From Camelus ferus (lineage: Eukaryota): 64,000 bases of DNA. Location of the stretch: assembly GCF_009834535.1 (NCBI RefSeq), contig NC_045697.1, positions 114,950,001 through 115,014,000 on the forward strand. The letters run 5' to 3'. Below are positions 51,189 through 64,000 of the stretch, one piece after another; position 1 is the first letter of the stretch; the number at the start of each line of letters is the position of its first letter. The notes below the pieces were generated by a model, which saw only the letters and a program-made list of their open reading frames with translations, was not told where the DNA came from and did no database searches. A program made the position numbers and the translations under genes.

Positions 51189-51482
51189 AGTTTCTGCACG
51201 AAAAACCAGGCAGTCAGAACATCAAAAGATTACTGTTAACTAAAACCAGACATCTCAAGTTAATGAATTTAGCACTTTTCTATCCATAGGAAGATGCGAG
51301 AGTCTGGACTCACTGAAATCATTCCTTTGATCTGCACCTTAACTATCTCGGGCCAGTATCCTGTTTTCTCCATCCTGAGTCCCCTCAGGGGACACAGCCA
51401 GGGGTGGCTGCAGTGACCAGTGGCTTGATGGCCACAACATCCTTTGTTTACGGAGATGGCTGATGACATTTTTCTGTCTCCA
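51189..51482 (-). mobile_element. ALTR2/MER41-like ERV1 LTR lacking R-U5
   Basis: Homologous to both pieces of the 47562-48134 LTR and collinear across that element's inversion breakpoint. Confidence 0.85.
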
Positions 51483-52619
51483 AAGTTATACAGGTTCCCA
51501 GATTCTAACAACTTGCTTCTTTCGTGGTTTCAAATTATTTTTAGATAGTTGACCCAATTCACATTTCTTGACTTATTCCATGAGTGGAAGTTGTCCACCA
51601 TCTGATGTGCTAATTAACAAGCCATTATCTCTAACAATAAAAGCCAATTTCTTACTGTGCTTAAAACAAACCAAAAAACAAAAAATGTCAGGTAGATCTG
51701 GGACATCAAGATCAGTCATTTAACTGACAGAAAAATATAGAAACCCAATTTTTGTCATAAAATGAACAAGTTTTTGTGAAAGAACAGGAATGGAAATACT
51801 CACGTATTTACAGCTCGTGCTCACGCTGTCTGGTTTCTAACCCATCTTCCCAGCTGGAGGACAGAGCCTGTCCTTACATAGCCTACTCCAGACCTAAAGA
51901 GGCAACAGCGCCCCAGAAATGTCACTGCTCTCTCTCCCTTGTTTCCTTTTGGAAGGGGACCATTCTTGGGTTTTCTGATTGATTGGTTTGGCCACTCTTC
52001 TGTTTTTACAGTCTCTATTTCTGTTCTTCACCCCACCAACTCTAATTCTGTAAAAGTCACAATTCCCAGAGGCTCTGTGATTGAACCCAGACTGAAACAA
52101 ACCCCTACTGTTGTGATGGAGGCAGAGAAGATTTATAAATGGATGCTAAATCGTTAGGTAACGGGAGCATCTCCCCCCTCCTCCTCCCAGTGGTACCTAA
52201 TGGTCCAATCACATGTTTCTTTCTGGCCATGGCTGTGAGCATCTGGCGTACCTTGTGAATTTGATGCAACTTAGCTTAGTATCATTAATATTAGAAGTCT
52301 GCTTTGTGGAATTGGTGCAATTTAAATTTAATATCTTTAATATTAGAAAACAACACGCAATAGCACATGATATGAAGCAATTGTATTTATGTATATATAA
52401 AATAGACATCATAATTCAGAAGAGCAATAAATATATTTTGAATGAATAAATAGATATTTCTCAAATCTATGCTTACTCCTCGTTAAGAATCACTCACTTT
52501 CCTTAACTGATGTGTGTGTGTGCACGTGTGTGCAGGTGCATGGATTTTTTTGCTTCTTTGTTATTAGCTCTAAACTTTAAGAATCAGATTGCACTAAATA
52601 CTCATAAGAAAGGCAGTAA

Positions 52620-52780
52620 AGCTTTAAAATAATTATAAAATACAAAATATAAATATAAGATATAAAAATTATATATTTTATAAAATAAATAGATGATATA
52701 TAAAATTTTATAAAATAAATATATAAATTATATATATTATAAAATATAAAATAAAAGCTTATAATAATTTTTAATTTTTT
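52620..52780. repeat. AT-rich low-complexity tract
   Basis: Nearly pure A/T; explains the spurious ORF 52577-52816. Confidence 0.9.
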
Positions 52781-54829
52781 ACTTTTTGTTATTAGACGTT
52801 GCTGCATTATGTGCAAATTTACACAGAGATGGAGTCATGGGAATCTTCATACTTTTTTAGTGATATAGGAGCCACAACTCAATAAGACAATAGCCTGCAA
52901 TTGATAGAGTTTGTACAATAGGACTTAATTTTAAACCTAGAAAATACCAAAAGTAATATAATTGACACAATCACTTATTGTCTACTTAGGCATAAATAAG
53001 AGAGTTATTAATGGAAATTATTTTTTTAAATTTCATATGTTTGTAAAGTTATCACAAAGGTACTGTCATTATGAAATGTGAAAGTCATGCCAACATATTT
53101 CCATTTTGAATATGATGGTGGCTTTTGAAGGAACTTGTGTCCAGGCAGTATTCTTGAACATTTATTTCCTCCTTTGAGAAATGCACATCCTCTTACAGGA
53201 TAGCCTTTAAGATGTTTATTTAAGCCCTGCTTAGAAATCAGAATTTCCTGCAAGCAAAAATCAGGAAGGTTATAACTATCTTTTCATATAATTTCTCTTG
53301 AGTAAGTTTAATATCCAGGACAAGTTCTGGCATGGTAATATTTTTCTTGCAAAGGTCTGCAAAAAAAGTATGAACTATTTTTATTGAACTGCAGCAGGAG
53401 AGTAAACTACTTGTAGAAATTACATTAACTAAAATATATATTTATCAGAACATTTCTTGGACAGTACTATTAGATTTTTTCTCACCTCAGAAACATTTTA
53501 AGATATTTAATTTATAGTGAGGTCTTGTATTTGGTAAATATATATATTTACTTATTTATTTTATGTGTTGATATTAAAATATACTTCTTGACAAAGTAAG
53601 ATGATATTTGAAGACATGAAAAGCCTTGCATCAGCACAAACTTTTTTGACGTCTGTCACACATTATGAAGTAAGTATGGTGTGCTGTTAAGATGTGGCAA
53701 TTTGTTCCAATGCCAAAGGGCAAAATCAAATCGAAAAACAACATGCTGTAACAAAATGCAATTCATGTTTAAATAAATAGACACTTAGTTCAGTCTAAGA
53801 GTTTAATTTATTTGGAATTTAACTCTAGCAAATTTTATCATCTCTACACTCTGCAAATATCTCTATTTGTATAATAGGAACGAGAAAAGAATTCTTTCTC
53901 ATACAATAGCAGCAACATGCATTAGAAAAAGTGCTTGGTTTGGAAAAGGACATGTTAGTAATTCAGTGCTGACCAAATTTAAAATTACTTATATTTTAAA
54001 AAATCATGAAAAGTAACAACTGCCCCATGTAACTCTTAAGGTTTCTCTAGGGATAAAAGATTAGTGTAAATGTGGTTTTATAGTGTTGTATATGTAATTT
54101 TTGTTGATAGAATCAAATGAGCTTCACCTGTGGGTGATCAGAATGTCTCTACTTCAGAAGGAACAATGAACCGCCCCCCCCACCCCTCCTGCCCTGCCAG
54201 CTGTGAGCTCCAAAGATTTTGGAGGATCTGGACCAGTAAAAGCTGGTGGAAAGTGATGGAGGATATAGTGAAAGCATAATGGAGGCTAAATCACCAAAGA
54301 AAGGGTGAGTCAGAGAAAATAAATTACAAAGAAAATTACAGCAGGAAGAATATCAGCATGTCGAATAAAGATTTTTTTTTTCTTTTTAAAACTCCCTTCA
54401 CTCAATGATTATAAAAGAGAGCTGTTTTCTGAAAAAGTGAAATTTGAAGAAAAAAATGACACAGAATAACAAATAACCTGGTTAGATGGCTGGAGTCAAA
54501 GAAAAAGAAGGTGGAGAAGAGAAAAAGGAAAGCCAGGATTGTTCTTTCAACTTTCTCAACTATGCCGTGTATAGAAGAAAACAGAAAATCATATACAATA
54601 TCTTCATGAAGAGAATCAAAATATCTCTTAGGTATTACAGTTTTAAACATCCATTTTACTCAAGAGGATGGCAGCCCTCACAAATAGATTGATAAATTAA
54701 AGCAGAATGAATTTAATGGTTACATTTGCAATTATTGAAATTCCTAGAGTTAAGAAGTTTAGTTACGTACAAAGCCCCATACATTTAAATGAGTCAAAAT
54801 CTTCTAAACTCATTTTCTAATATGATTCT

Positions 54830-55227
54830 CTTTTAGTTCCACTCCAACCTCACTAATCTGGCAGTTTCTCCAAAATGTCCAACCTCCACTGACCCAAGGA
54901 TGATGGGACAGTCCCTTGTGTGTGTTGTGGTTCCTTGGCTATCGACACTGCTCATCTGACTTTTCCTTCAGACCAAGGACTCCAAATTCACCTTGTCATG
55001 TGTTCCCTCCCTCCCACTCAAGCTCCATCTCTTACTGAAACTCTCTGCCCCCACATCCTTGACTCACATAGTTTTACCCCTGACATTCAACATGTGTCAG
55101 TATGTTTTATACAACCTTAGGTTATAAGTCACAAGAGATCAAGGGTTTCTTTCATTTTGTTCCCTCATTTATCACCAGTACCTATTGAAGGATCTGTAGC
55201 TCGACAAATACCTTTTGAGTGAACAGA
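54830..55227 (+). mobile_element. L2 LINE 3' region
   Basis: Pyrimidine-rich; ends taggttataagtcacaagagatcaaggg...ttttgttc...ctcgacaaatacc..gagtgaa, like the L2 terminus. Confidence 0.55.
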
Positions 55228-56241
55228 GGAGTAAGTTTGGGTCTAGTTTAAAATTGACGAAGAAATTAGGTTTGTATTTGAAACCATAATATGAGAAAAC
55301 TGAACCAGTATAAAACAATGGGTGTGCAGAGATGTCTTCTGACAACTCAAGTAAGCCAACAAGTGTTCTCTCTCTTTCTCTCTCTCTCTGTTTATAGGCT
55401 CCCTTTACATATAATCTATTTGATGAGTTATATATGATTCTCTTTATGATTTATTTTTAAAAGGTATTAAAATATTTTAACATTTCACAGAAAGTGTTTG
55501 ATAGGCTCATGATATGAGTTGAGAAATGGATGAACTAAAACTTTGAAATAAAGAGAATGGAATGTTAACAACCCAGTATATTTCGTTTGGAGACAAAGAG
55601 GGCATGGAAGTCTATGGTAAGCACAGCTCTAGCTCTGGCTGTGACTGGAGAGAAAAAATCTGAGTACAATGTTCAGTCGAGTAAATATATTTTAAATGTG
55701 AGAACCAATCTAGTACAATCATGACCACCAGTGTAGTAAAATTAAGTGTGTCTTCCATGGTAAAAGTAAGATTTATGCATGACTTTAGGTGAAAAATGGC
55801 ATAACCAAGAAGTTAAGTTGCCTGTAGAAATTAAAAGACCAAACAAACAAAAACCCACAAAGGCTGTACCATCAGACTCTATGAAAAAACTGAAGTCAAC
55901 AGTAATTTGTAATTTTAGTAGAAACATTTTCAAATAAATCAAAGAAGCTGGCTAAAGATAGAAAGAGATATAATGAAAAAATAGCAGAAAAATCCTAGAA
56001 GACAATTCAACAGAGATCACTATGATTGAAAAAACAGAGGAGAATGAGGGAGAAGAAATATTTCCCAAAAATGTATTGGACAAATATTAAAGGAAAAAAA
56101 ATCAGCTACTAGTGAAATGTAAATCTCAATGAGACCATTGATATGGTTTGGAGAAACAATGTAGAAAACAGACAAAATAAGAAGAGATTAGTAATGGCAA
56201 TTAAAAAGAGAAGGATGAAGTTATTTAAAAGAAATCATTGA

Positions 56242-56606
56242 ATGTCTATGAGTCTGTTTCTCTTTTATAACTAAGTTAGTCTGTCTTTTTTTTAGATTCT
56301 ACATATAACTGATATCATATTGTACTTTTCTTTCTCTGTCTGACTTACTTCACTTAGAATTACAATCTCCAGGTCCATTTATGTTACTGCAAATGGCATT
56401 ATTTTATTCTTTTTTTATGGCTGAGTAGTATTCCATCATATAAATATACCACAGCTTCTTTATCCAGTCATCTGTCGATGGACAATTAGGCTGTTTCCAT
56501 GTCTTAGCTATTGTAAATAATGCTGCTGTGAACATTGGGGTGCATGTATCTTTTTGAATAAGGTTCCCTCTGGGTATATGCCCAGGAGTGGGATTGCTAG
56601 ATCATA
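56242..56606 (-). mobile_element. Inverted 5' segment of a twin-primed L1 (ORF2 end / 3' UTR start)
   Basis: Near-identical to 33333-33718; same antisense orientation. Confidence 0.93.
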
Positions 56607-56888
56607 AACTTATGGTTACCAAGGGGGAAAGGCGTAGGAAGGGATAAATTGGGAGTTTGAGATTTGTAGATACTGACTGGTATATATAAAATAGATAAAC
56701 AAGTTCATGCTGTATAGCACAGGGAACTATATTGGATATCTTGTAGTAGCTCATGGTGAAAAAAATATGAAAACGACTATATGTATAGCCATGTATGACT
56801 GAAGCATTGTGCTGTACACCAGAAATTGACACAACATTGTAAACTGACTATAACTCAATAAAAAAAAAAATACAAAAAAAAAAAAAAA
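56606..56888 (+). mobile_element. Sense 3' end and poly(A) of the twin-primed L1
   Basis: aaacttatggttaccaagggg...gactataactcAATAAA followed by an A tract at 56860-56888. Confidence 0.93.
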
Positions 56889-57356
56889 CCCAACATCAAG
56901 CAAGCAAGGTGAAACTCCATGAATGCAGTAGAAGCTGTTGTCCGCAAGCAGAAGGGTCTTTTTCATGTTCACGTGCCACCTCTCTCTCCCTCGCTCTCTC
57001 TCTCACCCCACCCCTTCTCTTTCCTAAACCCTCTTTTAAGAGGCCTTCCAACTGTTTATCTCGTGCCCACAAAGGATAACCCCCCCTCCACTGGATAACC
57101 AGGCCCACCCTAGATAATCTCCCTAACTTAAAGACAACTGATTAATGACTTTAATGACATCTGCAAACTCCCTTCCCAGCAGCAACCCTACCCGCATTCA
57201 GTTAAATCACTGGGAGGAAGTGTATGTGTGCTACAAGGTGGCTGTGCTTCACCCTCTAGCTCTCACAAGACGACATCTCTCGGAGCCCACCCTCTCTGGA
57301 AACGCACTAGAAAGGGAATTCTGAAGGACACAGGTTAGCACAGCCAAGCTGACACA
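56889..57356 (-). mobile_element. MLT2 (ERVL) LTR fragment, probably transduced
   Basis: aggcccaccctagataatctccctaacttaaagacaactgattaatgactttaatgacatctgcaaa...gccaagctgacaca are MLT2 antisense hallmarks. Confidence 0.8.
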
Positions 57357-59513
57357 TCCCAAACTCCTAACTCACAGAAACTAAAATGTAATAAAACTTT
57401 ATCATTGTTGGAAAAAAATCACTGAAAATCTAAATCAACCCTTCAGCAGTGACATGGAAAAAAAAAACCTAACTAATGAGAAGTTATAACACAAATATTA
57501 TGTAAAAGTAAAAGTAAAAGGATCAATGTCTCTAAGTTAATCTACATATATTTATATATAATATATAAAGATTGTATAAAGAATATCTCTGAAAGTTACT
57601 TAAAAACTAGGAAAACTCCAGAAAACTCTGAAGGGGGGTCTGGATGTCTAAGAGAAAGGGAATTTAACTTTTGTACCCCTTGAGTGTATCTTTATGTGCG
57701 TGTGTGTGTGTCCCTGAGCATCTAATTTAAAGAGAAAGCTCCTCTGACATTTTCTAATTTCATGTCTTTTATAACTAAATAATCTCTATCTGTAATGTTA
57801 AATATGCCCTTTAAAAAGGTTTTCATCATCTCAGAAGAAAAAAGAAGTTTTAAGTGTAATATAATACCTAGAGACAATAAGTAAAAGGTTAATAACAATG
57901 GAAATTTTCTATATGAAGAACACTATAAAAAAAAGTCAAGGAAAAACAATAAAATCAGGAAAAAATTACAGTTTATATGAGTGAACTAAAGATAAATTTA
58001 CCTTTATTTACATATAAGAAATTTATAAAGGATGTACTCAGACACAAGAAGTTGGCTAAGGATTTTAAAAATTGTTCACAGAACAAGGCATCCTATAAGA
58101 GATCTTCTACTACGGTGATAATTAAAGAAATAAAATTTAAAACTATTTTCAATTAATCTGATAGGCAACCATCACAAAGATGTAAAACCTATTTGTGGTC
58201 ACAAGTTTAGAGAAAGACATGCCCCCGTTTGTTACTTTAAGAGAGTGCCAATGGATGAAAACCTCCATTGAAGTTAATTGGAAATAGCTGTCAAGATTAT
58301 AAAAACTGGACCTACCGCTTTACATATGTGCAAAATGATGTATGTAAAATTGTATTAGCTGTATTCATCATAGCAAGATATTTGAAAACCTCTGGAAGCC
58401 AGTTAACAAGTTTAAATACATTTGTGGGTTGACATACTTTGGGATGACATAAAGTTGGTTAGAAGTTTGAGTAACTCCATAGGGACCAGTGTGGAAAGTT
58501 TATCTAGATGTACTCTGACATAAGAAAGACAATTGTATTAAGAAGTTACTTAAAAAACTAGGAAATTTTCTGAAGAGGGGATTTAGGTCTCTAAGAGAGA
58601 AAGTATGGGTAGATATTTTTTAATATTTATCCTTTGTGCAACCTGAATGTATATGTGTGTGTGTGTGTGTATATGCACATATTCTTAATTTATATATATA
58701 TATTCAATATATATAATATTCATAATATAAACAGAAACATTAAAAAACATAAAATCACCAAATCAGAAATTACAAAAAACAAAACAGATTAACCGAATTG
58801 CTCCATATCTAGAGATACAGCAGTGGAAAATGGCTGGTGAGAAAGATTTAGTGTAAACAGGGAAAAAAATATCTGTAATGAAAAATGATTATATGAATAA
58901 AAGCATTTAAAAATATTTTCACTTATTCAAAACATGTTAAAAGGTGTTATAAAGAAGACTCCAGCGCTAAAGGTTTGATGGAGACAGTAGCCCATTGTGT
59001 AGTACAATATAGTAATGAGCACAGACCAAATTAAAAACAGAAACAATGGAAAAGGGAATTAAAAACAGGAAAGTTATAATGGAGGAGCAGCAGAATGAGA
59101 GAAGAAAGATAATGTTTTCACAATGGATGTGATACACGCATAGTGTGCATGTCCTTGTGTGTATTCATATGTTTTCCCCCAGAGTATAAGTAAAGAAACA
59201 AAAGATACAAAAAGTGGAATTCATAGAACCCTCACACAACGGAGAAGCTGCTCTCGGGGGCAGAATTTGAAGTGCGAGAACGCTGACTATCAGAAACATC
59301 ATCTTATATAAGACATTAAAAATAATATAACAGCCACTGAAGAAATTAAAAGGGGATGAAATACTGGAGATGAAGTGGGCTGACACTTGATTCTGTTAGA
59401 CTTTTTAGACGTATCTAAATAACCCTCTGTAGGATTTTTCACTTAGGGGAGGAATGGAGTAAACAACATCATCAATAAAGATGCATATGTTCTCTTTAAA
59501 GGATAGGTAAGGA

Positions 59514-59653
59514 GGAGGGAGGGTGTAGCTCAAGTGGTAGAGCATGTGTTTAGCATGCATGAGGTCCTGGGTTCAATCCCCGGTACCTTCACTGAAAAAC
59601 CAAATAAATAAATATCTCCTCCTTGCAAAAATAACTAAATAAATAAATAAAAA
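59514..59653 (+). mobile_element. vic-1-type SINE
   Basis: gggagggtgtagctcaagtggtagagcatgtgtttagcatgcatgaggtcctgggttcaatccccggtacc plus (TAAA)n tail. Confidence 0.92.
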
Positions 59654-62600
59654 TGTGGACTATTGGAATCGGAAGCTACTAAGATGATTTAACACTAATG
59701 AATAGAAGATTTTTTTTTTCAGATTACATTCTTCCTTTCAGATTTGCTTTCCCACCAATGCAGGATGAATGAGAGACAGCATATGAGAAAATCTCTAGTG
59801 GTACCGTAGTGGTGGTGACAAGAATAGAAAGACACTGAATACAAAGAAAACACAGAATAGCCCAAAGATGGCAGGGTGAAGGAATTCCCCTTTAATCAAA
59901 AATATGTTTATATTGGAATACAACTCTGTTTAATTACTTTCTAAAGAAATACTATGTCAGCTAAACTGCCTGGTTGTATGACAGAAAAGATCAATAAAGT
60001 ACATCTCATTATCCATGAGGAAATGCAGAAACCAATTACAATTAACTAAGGAAATGAATGAAGACTTATTACCCTCTCTATGTATATGCAGTTTGTAAAG
60101 ACTGTATAGAGAAGGCATTTATAAAATTTAAGCTGTCAAAAGTAAAGGATACAAATATTGCAGGTCTAGAAATCGGGCAGATTAAATTAGTCAATAATTG
60201 AAAACAATAGAGCTTAGAGAAATATATCTGATTACATTAGAGCAAGACACAACAATCAGTAGAACAAATGGTGTCTACAGAGAAATTATATGCCACTGAG
60301 TTGGTATCCACAGCAAAAGGTGAGAACGAAACTGAAAAGTTGGTGTACTTTTGAAGGAAATCTACCCCCTTAAAAACACATATGTGTTTATCACAGAAGG
60401 GTTGGTATAGGAGGCTCAGAAAGATGTCCATTATACTTTAAGAAGACAAAAATACATTGGCAAAGTTATGAAAAAATGTAAGAATGGTTATGCAAATCAG
60501 CAATTAATCGAGTTGGCTCCCAAACAGAGGTGTGGTTTCCCCTGCCCCAGAGATCCCAGATATTCATTAAGAGAGCAAAGATTCAATAAATGGAGTTTGC
60601 CAATTTTGTGGGGGTTTATGCTTGTCTACACTTCCAAGCCCTTCTGAGAACTCTGTGTGCCTGAGCTCGCAAGATGCTCTTCCATCGAGAACAATGCCAT
60701 GATTTTCCTGAAGGTCTACTGTTATACGAGAGAAGCCAAGGTCAGGTTTCCTGTAATATCTTTCAATCAATGCTGATTCCAAACCCTCCTTAAAGCTGAT
60801 CCTCAAAAGTAAAGGAGGGAACTGTGTTAATAATTGGGAAGTATCATTGGAACACAGGTGTCTCATTGAGCAGGTTCTGAGGTCAATTTCTGTTGCATTA
60901 GTTCTTTGACTGTCACTGAAGTATGTAGTCTCATGGAGGAGACCCTTTTTTTAATCATTAACCAATTGCCTACATTCACTTCCTGTTCTGATACAACACT
61001 GTGGACTCCAGACCTCGAGTCCTATCACTGGGAGCCTTTCAGAAAACAAGGAGAAAGTTTTCATGTAATATTTTCACTTTGATGGTCATAAAACACCTTA
61101 GAAATCTTAGGTGGAAGATTAAAATCTATCTGGAGATGGTGCAAAACTGCTACTGGGGTATAATTTCATCACAAACATTTGTAATTACACTCATGATATT
61201 GTTGGTGATAAACATCCTGTGTTTTCTCTGGGTAATAAAGAAAGAACAAAAGCAGAATATATATAAATGTTGTTATCATATCAAATGAAAGCCAGATGAT
61301 AAAATGGCACATTCCATTCTCTAATAAAAAGAAAATAGAAGAAAACCATAAAAAAAAAAAAAAACAGCAACAAGAACAATTGCCTTCTCTAAGGTAAAGA
61401 GTAGAAATCACAGTTTTAATTCTCAAAAATTGTGGATTTCCAGAAATACTTCAGAAACTTTTAATATTTTTATAGTAATTTTCAGAGACTGCAGAAGTAG
61501 ATTATTAAAAATGAATGAACCTATTTTATACTAAGTACTTTAATGGGCTTTTTCTTTAATGTTTTATCTGTTTGTTACAAATAATAACACCGTTTTTTAC
61601 CTGCAGTGATCTCATTGTACTATTTCCATGCTCTGATTTGACATTTTCAAGGCCAAACAAGCAAATTGGAGATAGAGCTGCTAGCCGTACAAAGAAAATG
61701 TTCATTGATTCAAATGGGAATTTGTAATTTAACTCAATGAGCCTGTCTCATATAAAACGTTTCTAAAACAGCATTGTGTATTTTTAGTTAATTACATTTT
61801 TAGTTATACTAAAGAGTTAAGAAACCATACATTGTATAAACTTAAGAAAAAATTGATCCAATATACATGAAAATGTATAGGCAGATAAATCCTATATAAT
61901 GATTTTAATTTTTCTTGAAAATTATAGAACATATTTTAATAAGTATGTAGAAAAATTAAGCAATTTTACAGAATAGGTTTTAAATATTAAACCACCTATC
62001 CAGCATCCAGGCCCAAAATGGAAGATGGTCATAACCCACAAGTCGCGTGAATGGCTCTGCTGATTTCCCCCGCCCTCAGTTCCTTCCTAAGTTAACACAA
62101 GCAAACTGCTATACTCCACAACCCCCAATATTTGTGGCCCAGAGTCTTTTAGAACCCAAGGCTCCTCTTACATAGCCTACCATCCTCTGAAGCCTTGGCA
62201 TCTTCCAATGAATTATTTCCTTTTGGCTGGTGGACAAGGGATGTGAGAAGCAAACAAATTGGACAGTAGTATGAAAAAGTATCATGGTATCACCTGTGAT
62301 GATGAGAGTTATAGTCTAATCTCAACTAGAAGGAAAAGGAAAAAAATATTTGGTGAAACCCCCGTCTTTGTAACTATTTTCCAGTTCCCTGCTCTTCCCA
62401 TGCTGAGTTGAAAGCTATTAATCTCCTTCCATTCTTTATAGATTTTACTACCCACATGTCTATCCCTAAACATAAAAGGATGTGAAACTTTGTTTTCTAA
62501 TGTTACGTTATTTCTCTCCATGTTGTGTGCTGCAATTAATTCATGATGTGATGTGGCACATTGTTTTACCGTGGTATAGCATCCCACTGTATGGGTGTCG

Positions 62601-62779
62601 CAGGACATATTTGTCTCTTCTACTGTTAGTGAACATTTGGTTTGGTTTTATGTTTGTTATTATCACCAATGCTCGAATAAATATTTTATATATCCCCTGC
62701 TGCATATATTTTTTTCTTTCATCTATTTTCTTTGTTTTTGATTATCTTTTTTTTTTTTTTTTAGCTTCTTGAACTCCAT

Positions 62780-63395
62780 CTAAGTTTTGATTTTTGATAT
62801 CTCTTCCTTTCTAATATATACATTTAGAGCTATAAACACTGCTGTAGCCACACCCCAAGCTTTACAATTTGGCTTATTTTTATTACTGTTTTACTGTTGA
62901 ATTTTTATTGTATTTATTTTTGACCCCCTTGATTTTTAAGTGTGCTGTTTCATTTGCAAATATTTGAGAATTTCCTAGTTATGTCTCTGGTACTTATTCT
63001 TATGTTAATTCCACTATAATAAGGGGACATAATTCTTTATATGTGTTGTTTTCAAATGTGTTGTGACTTGTTTTATGCCCCAACATCTGGTCTCTTTGAT
63101 GAAACATTCCCTGTGTACTTGAAAAGAATATGTCGTTTGCAGCTGTTGGGTGTAATGTTCTATATATGTCAATTAGGTCAAATTGATTAAATGTCTGGTT
63201 CATATTTTTTATATTGTTACTGATTCTTTTTTTTTTTTTTTTTTTTTTTTTTTGTCTGCTTCTCTTACCAGGTTCTGCAAAACCTGTGTTAAATGCCCAA
63301 CTATGATTGGGGAATTTTTTTTTCCTTTTAGTTCTATTAACTTTTGTTTTATATTTTTAAAATGATGTTATCAGATACTTACACATTTAAAATGA
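62780..63395 (-). mobile_element. Old L1 ORF2 endonuclease-domain fragment
   Basis: ORF 63000-63203 NQFDLIDIYRTLHPTAANDIFFSSTQGMFHQRDQMLGHKT matches L1 EN QLDLIDIYRTLHP..EYTFFSSAHGTFSKIDHILGHKT. Confidence 0.9.
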
Positions 63396-63439
63396 ACTTT
63401 TTAAAATAATGCATGAAGAAGAACAGCAGAAGAGTGCAC

Positions 63440-63860
63440 TTACTTGTAGGAGGGAGCTGGCAAATCATGGAAGACCGTGTAGTTCATTGGAGCAACTGTG
63501 ATGTTCACTGGACGTGAGATGGAGGCGACTGAAGGGTTTTGACCAGAAGAGAGATGTGAAATGACTGATCAATGTGGCCTCTGTGTGGAAAATAAACTGT
63601 AACAGAGCAACGGGAGAATCGGGGAGACCATTTAAGAATACCTCGTTTTAATCTAAGTGAGAGATGAGGATAAAGTGGGAGGAGTAACTGAATTCTGTAT
63701 ATATTTTTAAAGCAGAAGCAAGAGAACACCCTAGTGGGTGTGGGTGGCAGGGTTTGGGGGTGGGGAGGAGAGAGTGAGAAAAACAAAGGAGAAAAGACAA
63801 CTTCCAGTAGTTTTAGTCTCAGAAATTTGAAGAATGGCACCATTGCCAGTTGCGATAAAA
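63440..63860 (-). mobile_element. L2 LINE fragment
   Basis: gatggaggcgactgaagggttttgaccagaagagagatg...ctaagtgagagatgagg...aattctgtatatatttttaaagcagaagc. Confidence 0.7.
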
Positions 63861-64000
63861 GATTACACACGTGTTAATGGTGAGGTATGCAATCAAGTGT
63901 ATGGCCATCAAGCTGCCTATTCCTCTAAATAAGATGTTGGGCCCATGTAAGTGTAAATTTAAAATTAATTTCTCCTAAAGAAGATATTTCACAATTTTTG

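Noticed and set aside
47759..51482. Two same-orientation ALTR2-like LTRs about 3 kb apart as a possible provirus
   Set aside because: The copies are clearly diverged and differ by a ~140-bp block. The intervening DNA holds other repeats and AT-rich sequence with no gag/pol/env, PBS or PPT that I can see
52012..52157. Possible 146-nt plus-strand exon (tgtttttacAG ... AG|GTAACG)
   Set aside because: The only open frame ends in TAG at the donor, and the region may be an old MaLR-like LTR; no support beyond splice-like motifs
57590..58680. Diverged direct repeat aagttacttaaaaactaggaaa...ctctaagaga...(TG)n at about 57590 and 58543
   Set aside because: Best explained as two old L1/HAL1-type 3' ends rather than a functional duplication or LTR pair
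1..64000. CRISPR arrays, operons or other prokaryotic-type systems
   Set aside because: The sequence is mammalian repeat-rich DNA; no regularly spaced repeat-spacer array or gene-dense coding structure is visible

Overview
AT-rich, repeat-dense, apparently non-coding mammalian DNA (gene desert or deep intron). The source is very likely a camelid (alpaca, llama or camel): seven copies of a tRNA-Ala-derived SINE match the vic-1 type, and the young L1 3' UTRs are cetartiodactyl-type. I recognise no host protein-coding exon, real tRNA/rRNA gene or CRISPR array. The only ORFs with recognisable homology come from transposons (L1 ORF2p endonuclease and C-terminus, and a fossil hAT-Charlie transposase). 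The most interesting signals concern transposon mechanics. (1) A twin-primed, 5'-inverted L1 seems to carry a ~520-bp 3' transduction of foreign LTR DNA (56.2-57.4 kb). (2) A ~360-bp TSD-flanked mini-L1 consists only of the L1 5' end fused to the L1 3' end (36.1-36.4 kb), possibly a spliced or non-autonomous family. (3) An ERV1 LTR has its 3' half inverted in place, with one breakpoint at the terminal CA (47.6-48.1 kb). (4) A CpG-rich patch runs across three unrelated old repeats (10.6-11.3 kb), suggesting GC-biased gene conversion or germline hypomethylation. (5) A well-bounded candidate minus-strand exon overlaps a CTCF-like motif (25.9 kb). Repeat family names come from my recollection of consensus sequences, not from a database search, and the boundaries of old elements are approximate. 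No new biological system is demonstrated; the mini-L1 is the best candidate for an undescribed element family.
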